Source of the DNA: Paragordius varius
Taxonomy: Eukaryota > Animalia > Nematomorpha
Direction: 5' to 3'
Assembly (NCBI GenBank): GCA_964247055.1
Contig: OZ176052.1
Span: 5,456,001-5,520,000 of the forward strand
DNA length: 64,000 nucleotides
Below the pieces are notes generated by a model. The model searched no databases, was not told the origin of the DNA, and was given only the letters and a program-made list of their open reading frames with translations. Positions 26,128-38,796 of this stretch are shown here, one piece after another. A program made the position numbers and the translations under genes. Within the stretch, counting starts at the first letter, position 1. The number at the start of each line of letters is the position of its first letter.

Positions 26128-27177
26128 CATTGTATGCAAAAAAGAGAATTAATTTTTTTTATCACAATTTTTTTTTCATGAGATAGATTATGACCAGCGA
26201 ATTCTTTTGTCGCAAAATTTTTTATTTGTTTACGACCTAGTTTTTGAAATATTAAGAGAAATTCGAAACGGGTAAAAAGTGAAAATTAAGAATAATTCCA
26301 AAAATAATCATAAAAGTTGAAATATTATGGTTCATTATCATTTTAGGAAATATTTCTAATATATAAATAGCCTAAGATCATATAGTTAGGGTTTCTATAA
26401 AATCTCGGTTCAAAAGATGGTGTTTTTCTTTTACACACTTATAAAACAAAAAATTTTTATGCAATTATATTTAATTTTTTATTATTATTAACTAGCTAAA
26501 CTCACTATTAAAATCTTAACATTTATTTTATTCAGTAAAAAAACTTAAATATCAAAATAGAACTAAAAAATATTGTTTTTTATTTTTTGTTATCTGGTTT
26601 ATAATATAAAAAATTTGTACTGTTTTAAATTAATATTTTTACTGGGATATGTACGGAGTGATTACTTGCAAATTTTATTTTGTATTCATTTAACTTTATA
26701 ATTCCGGTTCATGTGAAATTGAAAAATTAAACAGTAAATTTTATATACTTTCATAAACCAGATAACGAAAATGAAAAAATAAAACCCAATATTTAGTTAT
26801 ATTTTGATATATAAGTTTTTTTGAATAAAAAAATGTTAAGATTTTAATCGTGAGTTTAGCTAGTAAATAATACAAAAAATTATTTTAAAGTTTCATAAAA
26901 CTTTATTTGTCTTTTTGTTAAAAGAAACACGCCATTTTTGAATATTTTATAGAAACCCTAACTATATGATTATAAACTATTTATAAATTGAAAATAAAAG
27001 ATAATAAACCCTAATATCTCAAATTTTATGATTATTTTTTGAATTATCCTAAATTTTCACTTTTTGTCCGATTTCAATTTTCTCTCAATATTTCAAATAT
27101 GTTGTAAACAATTATAATTTTTTAAAATGAATACGCTGGTCATAAGCTTTATGTAAAATATTTTTTTGCACCCAGTG
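26128..27177. mobile_element. Foldback element 2, almost fully palindromic, TA-flanked
   Basis: Ends TA|CATTGTATGCAAAAAA and TTTTTTGCACCCAGTG|TA. Arms of ~500 bp (e.g. tcatatagttagggtttctataaaat / attttatagaaaccctaactatatga) surround a spacer of ~80 bp. Confidence 0.88.
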
Positions 27178-27539
27178 TAAATAAATATATATATCATACA
27201 TATTCATTGTGCTTTAATTTATTTTATGCTATTTATAACTTTTTATCGATTTTCTATAAATTTTTATTGGTTAAATTCCTGTAGTTAAAACTAAAACATA
27301 AGTAAATATATTGTAAGTTTTTAATTACCTTAATATTTTAACAACGTACAATTGTCTTTTTAAAAATTTACCCGGCTCATATGAACTTAATATATGTCGG
27401 AGCAATTTATTTAGCCTAAAATTAATAAAGTTTAAAATGTGTGTTTTGATTTTAGAGCCATTTATTTAAGAGTAAGTCATATATATAATTATGATAATAT
27501 CCCTATTTGTGGCTTAATATGCAGAATATATAAGATGGA

Positions 27540-28150
27540 ATAATTTAATCAATTGTTAATTAATAGTTGCTAGTGAAAGCGAAGGTAGCTTGAAAAGAAT
27601 GGGTCTATCTTAATAATTGTTTCAAAGATTTTTTAAAACCATCTTAGGCTATCAATTTAGGCCAAATCTGGTAACTTTTTTGTAGAAAGTATAAAAAAGT
27701 TGGAAAAAATAAATTCCGCTAATATATTTTATCGCATAAAAGTAAGCTATTTACATAATTTTGTCTAATTTATTTTATCGAAAAAAGTAAGCTATTTACC
27801 CCATTAGAATAGGTAATTGGTAATGAGCAAAACACTTGGAAAAGGAAAAGTAAAAAGAATGAAATAATAAATTTGAAAAACAAGCACTATATATTTAACC
27901 TAAATACTTAAGACAATTCGTTGAATTGAAATTAGTGCGGTTTATATTTATAAAGTAACAAAAAAATGAATTTTTAATTTATAATTAAATATTGATGTCT
28001 GAAAGTTAGGAAGATTAAAAAATCTGACAAAATATTGGCGGTTAAGAGAAGGTGAAAGGATTGTTGTCCAGTCAGCCATGATTATCATGGGTTAAGATGG
28101 ACGAACACCATTTAACACGTAATAAGAATAAAAATATCCGTTGGTGACTG
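27540..28150 (+). mobile_element. Highly degenerate LINE (RT/3' end) remnant
   Basis: Short motifs IVASESEGSLKRM and WRLREGERIVVQSAM resemble the C-terminal regions of RTE-type RTs. Confidence 0.35.
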
Positions 28151-29114
28151 ACTAAAAGATACTATTAATAACATCTCAAACAGTGTGGGCCTAGTCTTAA
28201 TTAGGCATTGCTGTTTGATTATACAAAAGTTGTAATTTTGTAAAAGATGTTTTTTTATCAATGACGCTTGGTAGCGCATCGTTTAATGTTAACTTATGTA
28301 ATCATAATATTATTAAAATGAGGACTTTTAAAATCTAAGAAACAACTGGATTTAACGTGTCAATTAAAAATAGATTTATAAAGTTAAATACCCTAATATG
28401 CTGATTTTTTAGCTTAATTTTGAGTATAAAGATATCATTTTTATCATTTAAAAATTTACAATTGAACATATAAAGTATGGATATTTTTTGGCCAATAGTG
28501 AAAAAATGGATCTGAGAGAATTTAAGCAATAACTAATGAAAAAACCCCAAAATGTGTTGTATAAAACATTATGCGTATGATATAATTGAAAAAAGCGCTT
28601 AAGGGTTTGGCAGTTCTGATATAAAAACTTTTTCCAAAAAATTATTGTAAATGGCGTAATGTTTAAAATTTTGTACATGCCGTATTTATTAAACCGAAAT
28701 AGCATCGTTTACAAGCACTTTTTGAATCGGCATGAAAAATCAATGATATCGTATTACAAATAACTGCCAAATGTACCAAATCTGATTAGAATATAGCACT
28801 ATGATAAATTAATGTATCTAATTCAATTTTATGATACATTTTATTGTTATGGTGATTAATGGCAATTATATTGAATGATAGATTAATAAAGCGTGATTTT
28901 CAGTTCCCAAAGATATATGTACCAGAACTATGTACAAATAGTAAAAATTTGTAGTTTTTAAATAATAAATCACAAAAACTTATATATATAATATTTTGAT
29001 CGTATATAATACAGGTAAATTCTACTATACATAGACAAATAATATTAATTTATTTTGATTAGTAGATGAAAATTTTTAAAAAATTATCAATTGGATAATT
29101 ATATATTTAACATT

Positions 29115-29511
29115 TCATTTGTATTGATTAATTTTTTCTTTTACACGTTCAGCATCTGCACCAGTCAAAACATCAACCTAGAACTAAATTAATATAATAA
29201 ACTTGTTCCTTGTTTTTTATAAAAATAAAAGTTGGCATGGCGTTAATACCATACTTAGCAGTTAATTCCTATATTATATTATTATATATGCAAACTTCTA
29301 ATTCATCAACATCCACCTTCATAAAGTATACATCTGCGTATTGTTTAGATAATTCCTAATTATTATTAATAAATAATTAAACGTCTATCTTAGGGGCAAC
29401 CATTTTACATGGTCCGCACCACTGTGCATGGAAATCCACGACTATTAATTTATCCTTGTTCTCCTCTAATTTTGCATTAAAATCATCATCATCTTTGACT
29501 TCGTAAACCAT
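29115..29511 (-). CDS. TXN: Thioredoxin, 105 aa, 4 exons
   Basis: Exons 29511-29383, 29355-29296, 29268-29203, 29177-29115 (introns 27, 27, 25 nt). Sequence includes [25 protein letters not shown] and AMPTFIF. Missed by the ORF track. Confidence 0.97.
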
Positions 29512-29599
29512 AATAATTGAATTGATAGAGGAAGGTTAATGGGGAGAGAGTATTTGATCAGATGGGTTGTTAAAAAACGAATGAACCCAAATAAAAACC
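29512..29599. promoter_or_regulatory. Putative bidirectional promoter/5' UTRs shared by thioredoxin and presenilin (88 bp between ATGs)
   Basis: Inferred from the divergent start codons at 29511 (-) and 29600 (+). Confidence 0.6.
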
Positions 29600-32500
29600 A
29601 TGGATCAGCAATATCTTGATCAACATGAAGAAGATCAGGAGGAAGACGATGAATTAAAGTATGGGGCAACTCATGTCATTTTAACGTTTAAACCTGTCGT
29701 CTGGTGTATGTTTTTAGTTGTGTTCTTTTTGTGGTGGATGCCTTATTATAAGGTCAAAGATGCATACATGTATAAAATTATATTACCTTTTCAGGATTTA
29801 TACACCATTTCATGAAAAGACTTCAAATGTGGGGACAAAAGTTTGGCAAAGTTTAGCTAATTCAGCCATTGTGATATGTGTTATTGTAGCAGTTACATGC
29901 ATTTTTGTTCTACTTTACAAGTACCGATGTATGAAAGTAATAATTTTTAATAATTTATAGATAATCAATGGATGGCTACTGTTTGTTTCAATGATTCTCA
30001 TGTTTCTATTTTTTGGAGTCCATCTTGAGTAATTATTTACGATTTATGTAGTTTTTTCCCACTAATTGTTGGAATTAAGTAATTTTTTGACTTAATATTG
30101 ATATATTTGTTTACAAAGTTATAAATATTAAAGTTATAATTTAAATCAAAAATAGTAACATATATTTGATATGAAATGTTACTTTTACATTATTATTTAC
30201 AACCCACAATGTAAAAATGAATATATATATTGATAATTAAATTCTTTTTTTGATTGGCAAAGATTACCGTTCACATTTAGCCAGTAAGTTGGAATATTAT
30301 CCCTACAGATCCGACTCTCACCTCCACGTGGTGCACCCTGGATATCCAACCAACGAGAGCGGCACATGGAAAGGCATGCGTATGGTCTGATGTGGTGTGG
30401 GGCGTGGTGAGCATGGGAAAGGGCTTCTCATGCTCTATAAAAAAAATACCACAATGCCTGCAGTCACACAATCGATAAAGCGGGAACTGGCGCTATAACC
30501 AGAGCCCTCACAAACAACGACACAAAAATGATGGTACAACGTATGGTATACTATCGATATCTGAATGCGGAAGGAAACTTCGTTAGCCCTGTAAGGCAAT
30601 TTCCTAGGTTTGAAAGCCAAATAAATTTCCCTATTAAATGCTAGGATTGCATTTACCCCTCCTCGGAGTTAAGAGGTTTATTTTAAGGGCATAAAATTGT
30701 AAAACTTTGCCTCATTTTTAAAATAATGATAACTACAACTAAAATGATTTTAAAACGACAAACTTTTAAATATGCGACGTGGAATGTAGGATCTCTAAGA
30801 AACAAAACTATAGATATTGTAGAAAAGCTCAAACTATTACAAGTCGATGTGTGTTGCTTACAAGAAACAAAGTATTCTGGAAGCGGCAACTTCACCGCTG
30901 GTGATTATAAATGCTTTTATCAGGGAGGAAATAAGGCGACAGGAGGTGTCGGAATTCTTTTACATGAAAAGCACTGTGACAACATCCTCGATGTTTTAAG
31001 ACACAATGACCGTATAATCCAAATTAGATTAGTACATAGTAACTCCTATTATATGTGTATATGCCCCACAACCAGGACTCGCAGACAGTCTAAAACAAAA
31101 ATTTTGGGATCAACTTTTTAAAATAATGCGTAAAGTTCATGATAAAGACCTGATAATGATTGCCGGCGACATGAATGGACACGTGGGTAAACAAGGAATC
31201 GAATATGCTGGTATACATGGTGGTTTTGGATACGGACTGCTAAACAAAGAAGGAGAATCCGTCCTTGATTTCTGTGCAATGTTCAACCTATGCATATTAA
31301 ATACAAACTTTACCAAACCTGATCATAAGCTATATACATATTCCTCAGGAAATGCAAAATCTCAAATTGATTATATTCTGATTCCAAAGGAGAAAAGAAA
31401 AATATGCAATGATACAAAATGTTACAATACTGACACCCAACATAGGCTAGTAGTATCTACCTTACTATTTGGATCAAATTCCAAATCCATACCAATAAGA
31501 CACCACAAACCCAAACCAAACATTAAAATGCTTCAAAAACCCATATATGCTGATAAGTTTATGGAAGCTGTCAATATAGATTTAAACGAAAGTCGCTTAA
31601 CCGATAACAACGTGGGTTAAACCTGGGATCTTTTTAAAAATTCCTTACTCAAGAACACCAAGGCAATATGTGGCATGACAAAGGGCGCTAGGAAAAGGAA
31701 GTCAAATTGGTGGTGGAGTGATGAGATTAAACCCCAAATCAAATCACGAAACCGAGCCTTTCGATTGTGGAAAAAAACCCATAAAGAGGAAGATCGAAAA
31801 AAATACTTACAATTACGTAGCGAAATTGCGAAATTAATTACCAAACTCAAACACGAAAACAGCATAAAAATTACAGAGTCGCTACAGAAGGATGCAAAAA
31901 ATTTCAAAATCTTTAATCGAATGAAATTATCAAATGAAAACAAAAAAGATATTCCCAAAACGAAATATATTAAAGATAAAAATGGTAATATTCAAACAAA
32001 TCATTCCGAGGTTATAAAAATATGGGAAGACTATACCAAAGATCTTCTGAATACAACAAATCCATATCATATTCCTTCCATGAATATCAACAATAAACAT
32101 TCGATTTTAGAATTTTCGTTAGCTGATGTGGAAAATGCGCTAAAAAAAATGAAAAATAATAAATCAAGTGGACCTACCCAACTATCTTCCGATATAATAA
32201 AAAAATCAGGAAAAACCGGATTACAATACCTCACTAATCTTTTTAATCTTATAATTCGATACCAAACCATACCGCCGGATTGGGAAGAAAGCATTACAAT
32301 CCCCATTTATAAAAATAAAGGCAGTCAGTTAGAATGTTCTTCCTATAGATCGATTAAACTTTTAGAACATGCTTTAAAAATATTCGAAGTTGTATTAGAA
32401 AATTAATTAAGGAACCAGGTAACATTATCATCCTCTCAATTTGCCTTCCGTCCAAGCCACTCAACTACAGACGCCATATTCGTCTTAAAACGTATACAAG

Positions 32501-35500
32501 ATAACTATCTTTTAAAAAATAAAAAACTATATCATCTTTTTCTTGATTTGGAGAAAGCTTTTGATAGAGTTCCCAGATCATTAATTCCATGGGCTCTAAA
32601 AGTAAATAACGTGGATGAACAACTAATCCAAGCTATCATGCTTCTATATCGAAATTCTAAAACATTTGTTAGAACCCCTATGGGAGATTCTGATTCCTTT
32701 GAAATTAAAGTAGGACTCCATCAAGGTTCAGCCTTAAGTCCCTTGCTGTTTATTACAATATTAGACGCTGTTACTCGCGATATTCGGTTAAATCTGCCAT
32801 ATGAAAGTATATATGCAGATGACATAGTTCTTACCGCAACCTCGATTTCAGACTTAGAGAAAATGTTTATACAATGGCAACAACAGCTAACCAAATTCGG
32901 ATTCAAAATAAATGAAAATAAAAGTAAAATCCTGATAACGGGTGAACCCCACAATGAAATTAAATACCCATGCGGAGTTTGCGGATTAAATGTTGGATTT
33001 GATTCTATTCTCTGCTCTGCATGTAAAAAATGGTGTCACAAAAAATGTACAAACATTATCGGCAAACTATCCGAACAGATAAATTTCAAATGCGAATCAT
33101 GCGTGCAGCATTCACCGCCCCCATCAATTAACCACATAGTCCTTAGTAACTCAAGCTTTGAAGTGGTAACCGAGTTTACCTATCTTGGCGACAAAATAAC
33201 ATCAGACTCATCAAACAATAGCGCAATAAATGCAAGAATAAACCGTACCTTGATAAAATATCATCAGCTAAAATACATTCTTAAACAAAAGCACATATCT
33301 ATTAAAACAAAAGGCTTAATTTATAAAATGGGCATAAGACCAGTTTTGACATATGCCACAGAAACCATGGCATTGACACAAACTCAAGAGAAACGTTTTA
33401 TCAGCGCGGAAAATCGCATACTACGCCTGATGTCAACGCAACTAAATCCTCAAGATATCCGCAATCACATACAAATGGAGCCTAAAGACAAATTCATTCA
33501 ATTCAAAAGAATGAGGTACTACGGTCACCTTGATCGTATGAATCCTGACAATCCGATCAGGACCTCATTCGACATCATTCCACCCGGGAACAATAAGCCC
33601 GGTCGTCCACGTTTAACCTGGACTAAAAAGATTGATCTGGATTTCCAACAACTCAAACTGCTAAAAACAGATTGTATTGATAAAGAACTATTTCATAAAA
33701 AGTTGGATAGCTTACGATGGTGCACCATCAAAGCTTACTGTTATACAACAACATAACAACACATATATTTTTATTAAAACGACAATTTTTTTATATTGTT
33801 TAATGAATATAGTAGAATTATAAATATAATTTTATAGGCAAGTATTTTCAACTCTCAATGTTGCTGTGGATTATATTACGGTAGCGTTTTTAGTGTTTAA
33901 TTATGCCATTGTCGGACTCTTAGTCATACATTGGAAAGGTCCGCTCGTTTTGAATCAAGCTTACTTAATTTTCAACAGTACTTTATTTGCACTTACACTA
34001 ATCAAGTATTTACCCGATTGGACAACATGGGTTTTATTAGCTTTCTTGTCAATTTGGGGTAATATACCAATATTATTGAATTTTTTGTTGTCTTATGGAA
34101 ATATTTTTTTACGTTTTTTTGTTTATGATATGGTTCAAGGTCGGGGTTTCTGTTATATTGCATTTTAAAAACATAAAAGTTCTAAATTTTATTAAATAGT
34201 TTAGATTAAATAATAATTAGTTATTATTTATTATCCGTAAATTTTAGTTAAATTTAAAACCCGTAACTGTATACATTGAACCGATTTGAAATATATTTTT
34301 TCGCAAATCAATGTTTGTTTATCCTCGATTTTTTATACAATATAAGTATATATAATTTGTTTATTTGGAAAATAAACTTTTTCTGTTTTGAATGTATTTT
34401 TTTTCTTTATGTATGGAAATCGAGCTATTTATGTATTTAACCGATATAAAAATTATTTGACCTCAAAATTTTTAATTATAAGCGTAATTAGAATTAGTAA
34501 TAAAAAATTTGTTTTTATATTTTTGCTGCAGACCTGATTGCTGTATTATGTCCAAAGGGACCATTGAAAGCTTTGGTTGAAATGGCTCAAGAACGAAATG
34601 ATTATTTCCCATCCATTATTTATTCTTGTAAGTTTCTACATATACCTATGCATATCTTCATTTCTATTTTGATTATATCTTTTTTGGTAATATTATATTT
34701 TTTTAAATATTATTTTGGAAAAATAATTATCGCTTAATTAGTTTTGCGGGGTTTGTCACAGGCATTTAAACATTTGAAAATTTCATTTACTTTATAATTA
34801 AGCTTTTACAGTTAGTTGCAAATTTTAAATTTAGATAACTGGTAACTAATTGAATCTAACAGCTGTTTTAAAAAATAATAAACAAAAATTTGCGGTTAAA
34901 AACGTAATCAATAACAATTTATTTTAATCTCTAATATATTTTCAGTAGTTTGGTGATTTATCGGTGGCTAACAGTTAATAGGGAATTCACAAATATTAAA
35001 TCAAATAAAATTATTTAAATGCGCCTTATAAGTTATAGTAAGCATATTTTTTAATTTAACCCAATATCATATATAGTTTTTTTAATTATTTTAATAATTT
35101 CTTCGGGGTTTAAAACAACCTCAAAATGTCAAGTTTAAATGTTACATCATTTCCTTACACTTTGGTAGTAATAGTTGTTAATAATTGTACATTTTTTAAA
35201 AAAATCTGCAACCAAAATATCTTCATCAAATATATAATAAGAAATTTTTATTTAACACTTGGATACAACACATTCATTTTAGTCCTTCGATTCGAATTGG
35301 GGTAGTTAAATACCCTAGGCCTGTTTAAAATTATATTGTTAAAAAAATATGGAAGGAATCGAAACCATGGCAAAATCTTGCACTTATATAACATTAATAA
35401 ACCAAAATATATAAAAAATTTTATTCAAAAATACTTGATATTACTTATTTTAAGCTAAAACCGAAAGGTAAAAATTTAGTCAACGTGGCATGCGTGCAAT

Positions 35501-38188
35501 GGTAAAATTAAAAAATAATACAAAATAAACATTTCTATTTCTATCAATGTTAGATGTAATTTAAATAAAAAATTAACTTTCATTTTACCCTTAAAATTAA
35601 ATGAAGACGTTATGCAAAAATTTTGTAAAATAAAAATGGCGCCGAAGTAGTTTGACATGGAACTTTTTTTTCAAAACAAAATTTTATTTAAATATTTTGG
35701 CATATTTGTATAATTTTTATTAGGATAGACCCAAAAATTTAAATTGGGACCGTCTCCTTCGGTAGTTTTTTAAAAATCTTAAGTTAAATTTAGTCTGGGG
35801 TATTTAGATACCCCAATTTGAATCAAAGTGTTAAATGTAATTGTTTTTTTCATACATAGCCACAATGGTTTGGATGATGGTTTCAAACCATAAGAAATCA
35901 CAAAAATTCGTTTTAAATAACGCAAGTCCTAAACGCAAGGTTTTAGACCATTCGAGCAATCAAAATGGATTGTCGGGAAAAAGTGGAAGTCCAGTTCCTA
36001 AACGCATATCATTAACTCTCATTGAAAATATTAATGGTCAAAACAGTAATTTTTATACTATCGCTTGTATTCCTAACTATGTTTGTTAGCAATAAAATTG
36101 TGTGTTGGAATGAATTATTAATTTTTTTCATAAACATTTGATATAAAAATGGTTAATAATTTTTTTAAAAGATTCATCCAAGGTAAATGTAAGATTATTT
36201 TTGTTGATAAAAAAACCAAGTTTGAGCTAAGCTTTTTTTGTCTAACTTAATGTTTAAATTTGACTCTTTTATATAAAAAGTTAGATACTATTTTAAACTA
36301 AGCTTTGCCGCGCATTATTAATAAACATGCTCACGTATTAATTTGAGATTCCAACCCAATTTGTCTTAAGGCGCTAAACATTATATGCTGCTCATTTATT
36401 TAATACATTATAAGTTAATTTTTGAACGAGGAAATTTACTTTTTTGCCGTTAAAAATTAATTATCATTTTATTTCTAGAAAATCAAATCATGCCTCTTAA
36501 AAATGATAAAACTATTGTGGATATATTAAATGATCAAAACCCAATGATACGAAATACACCAACCACCACTGCCGTGTTTAAAGGTTTACGTGTACGAAAT
36601 GGTAAGAGTAAAATTACATCGAATATTGAAACAAATTCAGCTTTTAACGAAGAGTTAGATGACGAGAATAATCCAAATAACGCTTTGGGTGTATTGGTAG
36701 CCAATTTTTATGAAACGGAAACGTCAAATACTGTGGTTAGAAATGGTCATAACAACCTGAATGATTATCAAACGGTTATAGTTAGGAGTCCACTCTTATC
36801 AAATGTACATCACCAAAATCATAGTAACACAGAAGTAGAAAATCATAGTTATGTCCAACATCACCACAAACCTGTAGTAAATCAATGGAACCCAGAAAAT
36901 GAGGAAGATAGTATAATCATCTATGTTTTAATATACCATTTAAAATTATTCACCCTAAAAATAAATATGTGTTTTCGGGCTAATATAACTCATTTCTATG
37001 ATATATCTAAATGGCATAGTTTATTCTTTTTCAGATTATTTTAATTTTAAACAAAATTTTATTTTAAAATATAAAAAAATATAAGTAATTTTAGATCTTA
37101 AAAAACACCTAATTTATTTCAAGTGAATTTGGATTGGAGGGTGAATTTGAACTGTAAATGGTATAGTATATTTTAATTCCTATTTAAATTAAAAAAAGGG
37201 AAGTTATACATTGCCAGTTTTTCATTCAATAGTCCCAGATAATATAAATAGCAAACAGAATTATTATTGATGAATAGTAATAAAAAGCGAAAAATTGCTG
37301 TATATGCTATCTGAAAATAATTCATGAAAAACTAGCAATTTATATTAATTCATACATTGTATAATATAAAAATGATTGGAAAATTTCAATGTCAAAAAAT
37401 TAAGAAGGATTATAGTTATTAATTTTTGTTTACCTAACATAATTGAAAACTATTTATATGGCCAATTTAGGTTTGTTTAATACTCACCATGATAATAGGC
37501 TTACTTACATTTACGGCTTTTTTATTAAAACCCATGTTTAATTAATTTAGACATCTGTATATTATACATTTTTTAGGGGGCGTAAAAATTGGGTTAGGTG
37601 ACTTGGTATTTTATAGTGTATTGGTTGGGAAGGCCTCCTCTTACGGTGATTGGAATACAACGCTTACATGCTTTATTGCCATCCTTGTCGTAATAGATTA
37701 TTTTTTTAATATGTTTACGAATGAGATATATTTCAAATTTAGGCCTGGGCAGTTTAAATTTATGCTAAATACCAAAGGGCCGTGACTATTATTTTCATAA
37801 TTATCTGTTTTTTATCCTATTTTTTAAAAAAATATTTTTAGCTAATTAAAATGAAAAATATGATATAGTTCAATGAATATTTCAAATAGGCCCTTCTCTT
37901 TAAGCCCAAAAACAAATTATATTTAGAGAGTTTGAAGTGTTAACGAATTTTCAAGGTGTATTCAAAGCTTTCAAGAGTGATATATAATATATATTTTAAT
38001 TGCAATTTCACCTTAATGTTGTGTATATTTAGGGATTATGCCTTACTTTATTGTTGCTTGCCATATTCCGTAAACCACTCCCTGCCCTGCCCATATCAAT
38101 TTTCTTTGGATTACTCTTTTATTTTTCGACATCCATTATAATTACACCATTTGTTAATGCGTTATCGGAACAAAATTTTTTTGTTTAG
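29600..38188 (+). CDS. PSEN: Presenilin (gamma-secretase catalytic subunit), ~527 aa, 9 exons
   Basis: Exons 29600-29769, 29795-29936, 29961-30028, 33838-34058, 34532-34627, 35860-36045, 36479-36910, 37577-37689, 38033-38188. Motifs: [36 protein letters not shown] (first Asp), GVKIGLGD (GxGD), GDWNTT, PALP. Confidence 0.96.
30250..33765 (+). mobile_element. Near full-length RTE-clade LINE (APE endonuclease + RT + PHD-like finger), inactivated, in presenilin intron 3
   Basis: APE motifs TWNVGSL, LQET, VYAPQ, GDMNGH, SQIDYIL. RT motifs [37 protein letters not shown]. Two frameshifts (~31045-31125) and two in-frame TAA (31618, 32404). 5' UTR of ~470 nt and a (CAA)-rich tail. No clear TSD. Confidence 0.95.
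30311..30362 (+). ncRNA. HDV-like self-cleaving ribozyme core in the RTE 5' UTR (P1 5' strand not found)
   Basis: P2 CCG(A)CUCUC/GAGAGCGG, P3 ACC/GGU, L3 UCCACGU, P1 3' strand GCACCCU, GG for P1.1, and J4/2 CCAAC occur in the correct order. P4 is minimal. Confidence 0.7.
35285..35834. mobile_element. MITE family B (TTAA-ended, piggyBac-like), copy 1
   Basis: TIR TTCGATTCGAATTGGGGTA...ATACCC / GGGGTATTTAGATACCCCAATTTGAATCAAAGTG|TTAA. A colinear copy lies at 55814-56316. Confidence 0.78.
36932..37165. mobile_element. MITE family C (TATACCATTT ends, AAATTCACCCT subterminal repeats), copy 1
   Basis: Inverted ends TATACCATTT / AAATGGTATA. Colinear with 39536-39828. Confidence 0.8.
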
Positions 38189-38796
38189 CAAACGCGACCA
38201 AATTATAGATATTTATAAATGATAAATAATCAATCTCATGCATTTGTAATTTTGTACCGTATATGTGATATTTACCTAATTAATATATGATATAATGATT
38301 ATATGTAAAATTTATATGATTTATAGAATTTATTTGTACAACATAATATCCTTCAATCATGATTCATCAAATTCAATTCTAACAATGCCTAAATGAATAT
38401 ATGAATGTTATAAATATAAGAGAAAATATATAAAAATAAATGACCTTAGTTTTTTGATATTATAAAATTACCAAAACAATCAACTCAAATATCTTGACAG
38501 ATATATATATAGCTTCACTAAAACATACAGATCAAAAGTTTTAAATAAGCTCTAAAAATGTTTGTGTGTGATATTTGTCACCCCAAAAAATATTTTCTCA
38601 TCCACCACGATTAAACGAAAAAGGGAATTCATAGCCATATATAATCTCTCACAAGGATTTTAAAAATTACATTAAATTAAACCAATTTTAGTGTAATCTC
38701 GCGGTACAAAAAAGTAATTCATGTCCCTTATTAAATATTCAACATTATAACAAAAATATTGAATGAAAATTTTTATATCCTAATGAACAATGTGTT

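Noticed and set aside
31618-32406. In-frame TAA stops in RTE and hAT ORFs suggesting stop-codon reassignment
   Set aside because: Host genes terminate at TAA (PRKCSH after RDEL, metaxin), so these are ordinary nonsense mutations.
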